From an uncultured archaeon (GTDB taxonomy: Archaea > Asgardarchaeota > Thorarchaeia > Thorarchaeales > Thorarchaeaceae), in assembly GCA_964648855.1 (NCBI GenBank), contig CAZYLT010000005.1:150000-181999 (forward strand): DNA of 32,000 nucleotides, given 5' to 3'. Positions 27,864 through 32,000 of this stretch are shown piece after piece (position 1 is the stretch's first letter; every line of letters begins with the position of its first letter). Both the position numbers and the translations under genes were made by a program. The notes under the pieces are model-generated. The model worked only from the letters and a program-made list of their open reading frames with translations, ran no database searches and was not told the DNA's origin.

Positions 27864-27904
27864 TTATTTCCCTCTCGTATGACCGTGAAGCTTGAATCGA
27901 GGAT

Positions 27905-28474
27905 TTACATGCTCGGTTGTGATTTTTCTTCGAGATGTTTCCTCATGAGATCTTCTGCAAGTTTTGAGAATACATCTGTTACCTTCTCACCAGTCTTGGC
28001 AGAAGTCTCATAATATGAAGCCTGAAACCAATCTCTGAGCATATGTCCGGGCTCAACAGGGACTATTCTCTCCTCTTCTAGGTCAACTTTGTTCGCACAG
28101 ATTATGGTAATTGCATCTGGGCAGATCTCTCGAAATGACTCAAACCAGTTGTTCATCGCCATGAAAGTTTCTGGTCGTGTCACATCATAGACAATAATGG
28201 CTCCTGTGGCTCCTTTCATATACTGCCGACGGAGCTCGCGATAAGTTGCTTGGCCGCCCATATCCCAAACGACTAGGCGAATCTGCCTCTTCTCGTCATC
28301 TATCTCAGCTTTAACATCCTTTGAGGCAAAAGTGGTTCCAATTGTTTGTTTATATTCCTCTTCAAAAGTGTTCTGAGTGTATCTTCTCAGGATTGATGTC
28401 TTTCCTACTGCAGCCTCACCCAATAAAACAACTCTAAACTTGAATCCGTCAAAATCACCGGTCTCTTCTGTCAT
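27905..28474 (-). CDS. Rab-like small GTPase (Ras superfamily), paralogue B
   Basis: G1 GEAAVGKT, G2 TIG, G3 WDMGGQ, G4 NKVD, G5 ETSAK; RBS GGTGAAGG; no C-terminal Cys. Confidence 0.94.
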   Translation of the reverse strand: MTEETGDFDGFKFRVVLLGEAAVGKTSILRRYTQNTFEEEYKQTIGTTFASKDVKAEIDDEKRQIRLVVWDMGGQATYRELRRQYMKGATGAIIVYDVTRPETFMAMNNWFESFREICPDAITIICANKVDLEEERIVPVEPGHMLRDWFQASYYETSAKTGEKVTDVFSKLAEDLMRKHLEEKSQPSM

Positions 28475-28593
28475 TTTCCTTCACCAGTGTTCGCGAATGA
28501 TATCTTCATGGGAGGCACCTCTATTGCACAATAGCGGTTCACTCTCAGATTCTCTATATTCTTTTATTTCTTCCGTGAAGCAATACCATTGTT

Positions 28594-30267
28594 TCATGCA
28601 GGATTCCAAGTGCCCTTTGTAGGAATCTCTATCTCAAAGCCAATAACGGGCTTTGATAAATTGAAGTTTTCTAGGACAATAGGCGCAATCTGTCCGAAAT
28701 AGCCAATCGATTCACTGATCACTTCTATGGTTGCATATCTACCTTCGATGAAAGCAGGGTTCGTGTTTCGTGTAAATGAAAAATCTTCGTCCAAACCAAG
28801 ATTTCTGAGTAGAAAACCTAGTTCGTTCATTAGATTTGTGAGATTCACCTCACTGTCAATGATGACTCCTGCAACAGAAGGTACCTGCCTTGACCGAGTC
28901 TCTTTCTCCTTGTCAGGAGTGATGATATCCCCAATCTCGAATACTTTTTGAGGATAATCGGCATGCTGATTCTGGGAGATAAATTCCAATAAGATAGGGA
29001 GCAAGGAGTTCCTGAGAACTGAATAATCCCTGCTCTTCGGATTGAGTGTACCAACGAGGTCACTATCTCTGAGCATCTTATCATTCAATATTTCAGGCGA
29101 ACTAAGGATATAGGACAGAATTTCTTGGTATCCTGCGCCAATGAGTAAATCTCGAATTTTGTTTTTCAATCGCGTTGCGGGGAGCAACTTGCCTCTTGTC
29201 ATTGTTTCGGGCATAGTGGGCTGAATTTTGTCAAATCCGTATCCAATGGCGACATCCTCTATAACATCAACTATATGCAAGACATCTACCCTATAAGGCG
29301 GAATTTCTACTTCTATGGTTTCTTTACCAATAGCCTTCCCTCCGTAGCCCATCTTTCTCAAACACTCTAGTACTTGTCTGGTGGTCAGGTCAAGACCTGT
29401 TAGACTTTGAACTTCTCCAAGGTCTAGGCGAATCTTGGTGGGCTCTAGACTTGGTGTAACAACAGATTTGCCATCGGGATAATGTACTTCCACGGATTCA
29501 ATAGTTCCACCACGTTCAACGAGCGATGTAAGCATAATATTCAGTGCTTGGTTAACTGTAGGCAAGTGCGTGCCTGTCACTTCCACAAAGATATTCTCTG
29601 TATCCACTGTAATTCTTCCCAAATCATTACTATTAATGATGGGTGGGAGACTGAGTATCTTATCTTCATCATCAACAAGGAGTGGCCATTTCTTGAATTT
29701 GTCAATGATATATCCGAATTCTTGTCCTTTCTCATGCTTCTCAAGAATCTCTCGAGCTCTCATGGATTCTTCATTGCCCAATGGAACAAACTCTATCTTC
29801 TCAGGTTTTGCTGCATAGTATTTGACTGGAAACTTCAAATCATCGTGAACATAGAGACCGATTGAAGCATTCCGACGATTTCTTCCGTGTGTTGAAGTCA
29901 ATGCCTCCTGCAATCTCATGTATTCTTTGATCAATTCATCATGGCTCTCAAGACCCTTGACAATGCCACATGAGATATACCGCCTGATTTTTGCCAATCC
30001 CCTCTTTGCGACAATCTTCTTTCCCGAGGCAACTACTTCGTAGCGATGAGGTTTTGTGTTGATTCCAATGAATGACTTGACCGCACGGGCTATCCCTTCT
30101 GCTGACAGCATATCTTGTCGATCGGGGTTGATTTCAATCTGAATTTGGTTTCCTTTCACTTCCTCAACTTCCGCCTTGAGAAGGAATAGAGTTTCCTCAA
30201 GTTTAGCAATGCTCATCTCTGTGCCAATCAACTCAAGCAAGTCGTCTATTTTACACTCTACTATCAT
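28594..30267 (-). CDS. pheT: Phenylalanine--tRNA ligase beta subunit (archaeal/eukaryotic type)
   Basis: 'NPDRQDMLSAEGIARA', 'ILSLPPIINS', 'IPPYRVDVLHIVDVIEDVAIGYG', 'LRNSLLP', 'KVFEIG'; 557 aa. Confidence 0.96.
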   Translation of the reverse strand: MIVECKIDDLLELIGTEMSIAKLEETLFLLKAEVEEVKGNQIQIEINPDRQDMLSAEGIARAVKSFIGINTKPHRYEVVASGKKIVAKRGLAKIRRYISCGIVKGLESHDELIKEYMRLQEALTSTHGRNRRNASIGLYVHDDLKFPVKYYAAKPEKIEFVPLGNEESMRAREILEKHEKGQEFGYIIDKFKKWPLLVDDEDKILSLPPIINSNDLGRITVDTENIFVEVTGTHLPTVNQALNIMLTSLVERGGTIESVEVHYPDGKSVVTPSLEPTKIRLDLGEVQSLTGLDLTTRQVLECLRKMGYGGKAIGKETIEVEIPPYRVDVLHIVDVIEDVAIGYGFDKIQPTMPETMTRGKLLPATRLKNKIRDLLIGAGYQEILSYILSSPEILNDKMLRDSDLVGTLNPKSRDYSVLRNSLLPILLEFISQNQHADYPQKVFEIGDIITPDKEKETRSRQVPSVAGVIIDSEVNLTNLMNELGFLLRNLGLDEDFSFTRNTNPAFIEGRYATIEVISESIGYFGQIAPIVLENFNLSKPVIGFEIEIPTKGTWNPA

Positions 30268-30274
30268 TCTATAA

Positions 30275-31777
30275 TCACCTCAAGAAGTAATTCCTTCGTA
30301 TCCAGCTCAAATCTTTGCTGTACAGATCTCGGATGTCACTAATTCCCATGGAAGCCATATACAATCGACCCGATCCTATGCCCCATGCGAGAACGCTGTC
30401 TTTGATACCCAAGGGTGCTGTCACTTCAGGTCTAAAGATGCCTCCTGGCGCAACTTCTATCCAACCTAGCTCTTCGTGTTTGGCGAAGCATTCAATGCTC
30501 GGTTCTGTGAATGGAAATTGCCCTGGTTTGAACTTCATCTTCTTAATTCCAACGCTTTCCACAATCTCAGTGATGTACCCCATCAAATCCTTCAGAGTAA
30601 GGTTAGCATCCATGATAATTCCCTCACACTGGTTGAATTCCATGGCATGACTCGCACTGAGTTTTTCTGACCTGAAATTTCTGTCAATAATGAACATTTT
30701 CTGTGGTGAGAGCCGGTGGTCGTGAAGGAACCTCATTGAAACTGGCGTGGTATGAGATCTTAGACAAAGTCGCGTTGAAACTTCCTTGCTGAAGGTGGAT
30801 TGATATCCCTTGGAACCTGTATCTCCACCATCTTCATGAACACTCTTGACTGCTTTGTAGTATTTATTGTCAGAAATATCTCCATGAGAATAGGGCTGGT
30901 CAACTCTGAACTGGTCCTGAATCTCTCTGGAAACATGGTCCTGGGGTACAAAGAGAGCATCATTGTTCCAGAATTCAGTTTCAACATACGGGCCGAACCA
31001 CTCCTCAAATCCGAGGCCAATGAGTATCTCTCTTAACCAGTCGTTGAATTCCGCATATGGGTGTTTTCTCCCAAGAAATACGGGGGCTGGATGAGCCTCT
31101 ACATTGAAAGGTCTGAACTCAACTTCTTTCCAAGTGCCTTCGGTAATCATGCTTGGCGTGAGATGAGTGACTCCTCCACCTTGTACAGAGATTAGGCTTC
31201 TCACCGTTTCACGGTCAGTAATTTCAGCTTCAAACTTCTTTCTCGTTGTTTCTTCCACAAGCGTCCGGGAAAGGGCTTCTTGTTTTACGTTATCCAAGTT
31301 CTCCGGAATATGACTATTCTTGGTCAAATATGATAGGAGATCTTCTATATCTGAATCCACGTCTTCTGTGACGGTTTCAAGCACAGTATCTCCGTTTTCT
31401 TTCCCAATTTTCAGCCACCCTTTCTTTCTAGCCCAATTGATTGCAATACCCTGTGCGCGTTGCGTTAGCCCACTTTTTTCCACCGCATCGTCCATGGTCG
31501 CCTTGCCATGCAACTCCTTTACTGCATTGAAGAGTCTGATTTCTGGAAGACCATGACTTGTATACTCGGACCCTTCTTCGGTCAGATGATAGGATGGTAT
31601 TTCTTCAATTATTAAAGAAACGAGCTTCCTTTGATCGAGGGAATTCAAAATCGAAATGACTCGTTCCTTTTTGTCCCCCATTCGCTTAGATAACTCCTCT
31701 GCACTGACTCTCCCGGAGATAGCATCCATTTCCTCCAAGACTCGCTGTTCTCCTTCTGTTATTTGCTGTTTAGTCAT
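30275..31777 (-). CDS. pheS: Phenylalanine--tRNA ligase alpha subunit (archaeal/eukaryotic type)
   Basis: 'LTEEG.EY...GLPE', 'GRKHP', 'FWNNDALFVPQDH', 'LRSHTT', motif 2 'DRNFRSE', 'FPFTEPS', 'GIFRPEV', 'AWGIG'. Confidence 0.96.
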   Translation of the reverse strand: MTKQQITEGEQRVLEEMDAISGRVSAEELSKRMGDKKERVISILNSLDQRKLVSLIIEEIPSYHLTEEGSEYTSHGLPEIRLFNAVKELHGKATMDDAVEKSGLTQRAQGIAINWARKKGWLKIGKENGDTVLETVTEDVDSDIEDLLSYLTKNSHIPENLDNVKQEALSRTLVEETTRKKFEAEITDRETVRSLISVQGGGVTHLTPSMITEGTWKEVEFRPFNVEAHPAPVFLGRKHPYAEFNDWLREILIGLGFEEWFGPYVETEFWNNDALFVPQDHVSREIQDQFRVDQPYSHGDISDNKYYKAVKSVHEDGGDTGSKGYQSTFSKEVSTRLCLRSHTTPVSMRFLHDHRLSPQKMFIIDRNFRSEKLSASHAMEFNQCEGIIMDANLTLKDLMGYITEIVESVGIKKMKFKPGQFPFTEPSIECFAKHEELGWIEVAPGGIFRPEVTAPLGIKDSVLAWGIGSGRLYMASMGISDIRDLYSKDLSWIRRNYFLR

Positions 31778-32000
31778 GTGTCTTCAGAACTCCCAATAGT
31801 ATTGATTTAGTGATGAAGGATACGGTATCTATAATGCTACTTGTTTGCAAGAATGAGACCCCTAACGGGCATAATAAAATTGGCGGCACATACCTTCTTC
31901 ACCTATTATAATGAATCTTGATTTAGACCTGCCTTTTTAATGTGTCGTAAAATGCCATGTCCGTGCGGTAGGTATCTGTCAGATTTAGAAAAGAAGGAGC

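Noticed and set aside
123-31556. Numerous antisense or alternative-frame ORFs of 60-170 aa in the ORF track
   Set aside because: Shadows of well-supported genes with no independent motifs
31778-32000. Possible RNA gene or CDS at the window end; CTAACGGGCA (31862) matches the reverse complement of a 10-mer upstream of radA
   Set aside because: No cloverleaf or long ORF; a single 10-mer match is within chance; most likely a promoter region

Overview
Gene-dense archaeal chromosomal window, very probably from an Asgard archaeon (Thorarchaeia-like is my best guess). The basis is archaeal-type radA, top6A/top6B, pheS/pheT, cofE and geranylgeranyl reductase, GGAGGTGA-type ribosome-binding sites, and eukaryotic-signature-type genes (a Roadblock/LC7 protein and two Rab-like small GTPases). 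I call 29 CDS, mostly housekeeping: dnaK 3' end, dnaJ, PadR plus HAAS-like pair, M24 peptidase, P2A ATPase, lipase, hbd, MFS, cofE, amidohydrolase, radA, GGR, purA, pheT/pheS. I see no rRNA, tRNA, CRISPR array or mobile element. Three things stand out. (1) An atypical topoisomerase VI: the Spo11-family A subunit carries a ~420-aa Lys-rich N-terminal extension with four tandem (HhH)2 domains resembling the N-terminal domain of RadA, encoded ~3.7 kb downstream; the B subunit has a ~90-aa insertion in its GHKL domain; and the top6B and radA upstream regions share two sequence motifs. (2) A module of two paralogous Rab-like GTPases, a 4-5-TM protein, a CBS protein and a coiled-coil protein whose C-terminus resembles, by eye, the ESCRT-I Vps28 four-helix bundle. 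(3) Two further zinc-ribbon proteins with GLUE/GRAM-PH-like and TPR/SNAP-like domains. All homology calls were made by eye from recalled motifs; no searches were run.
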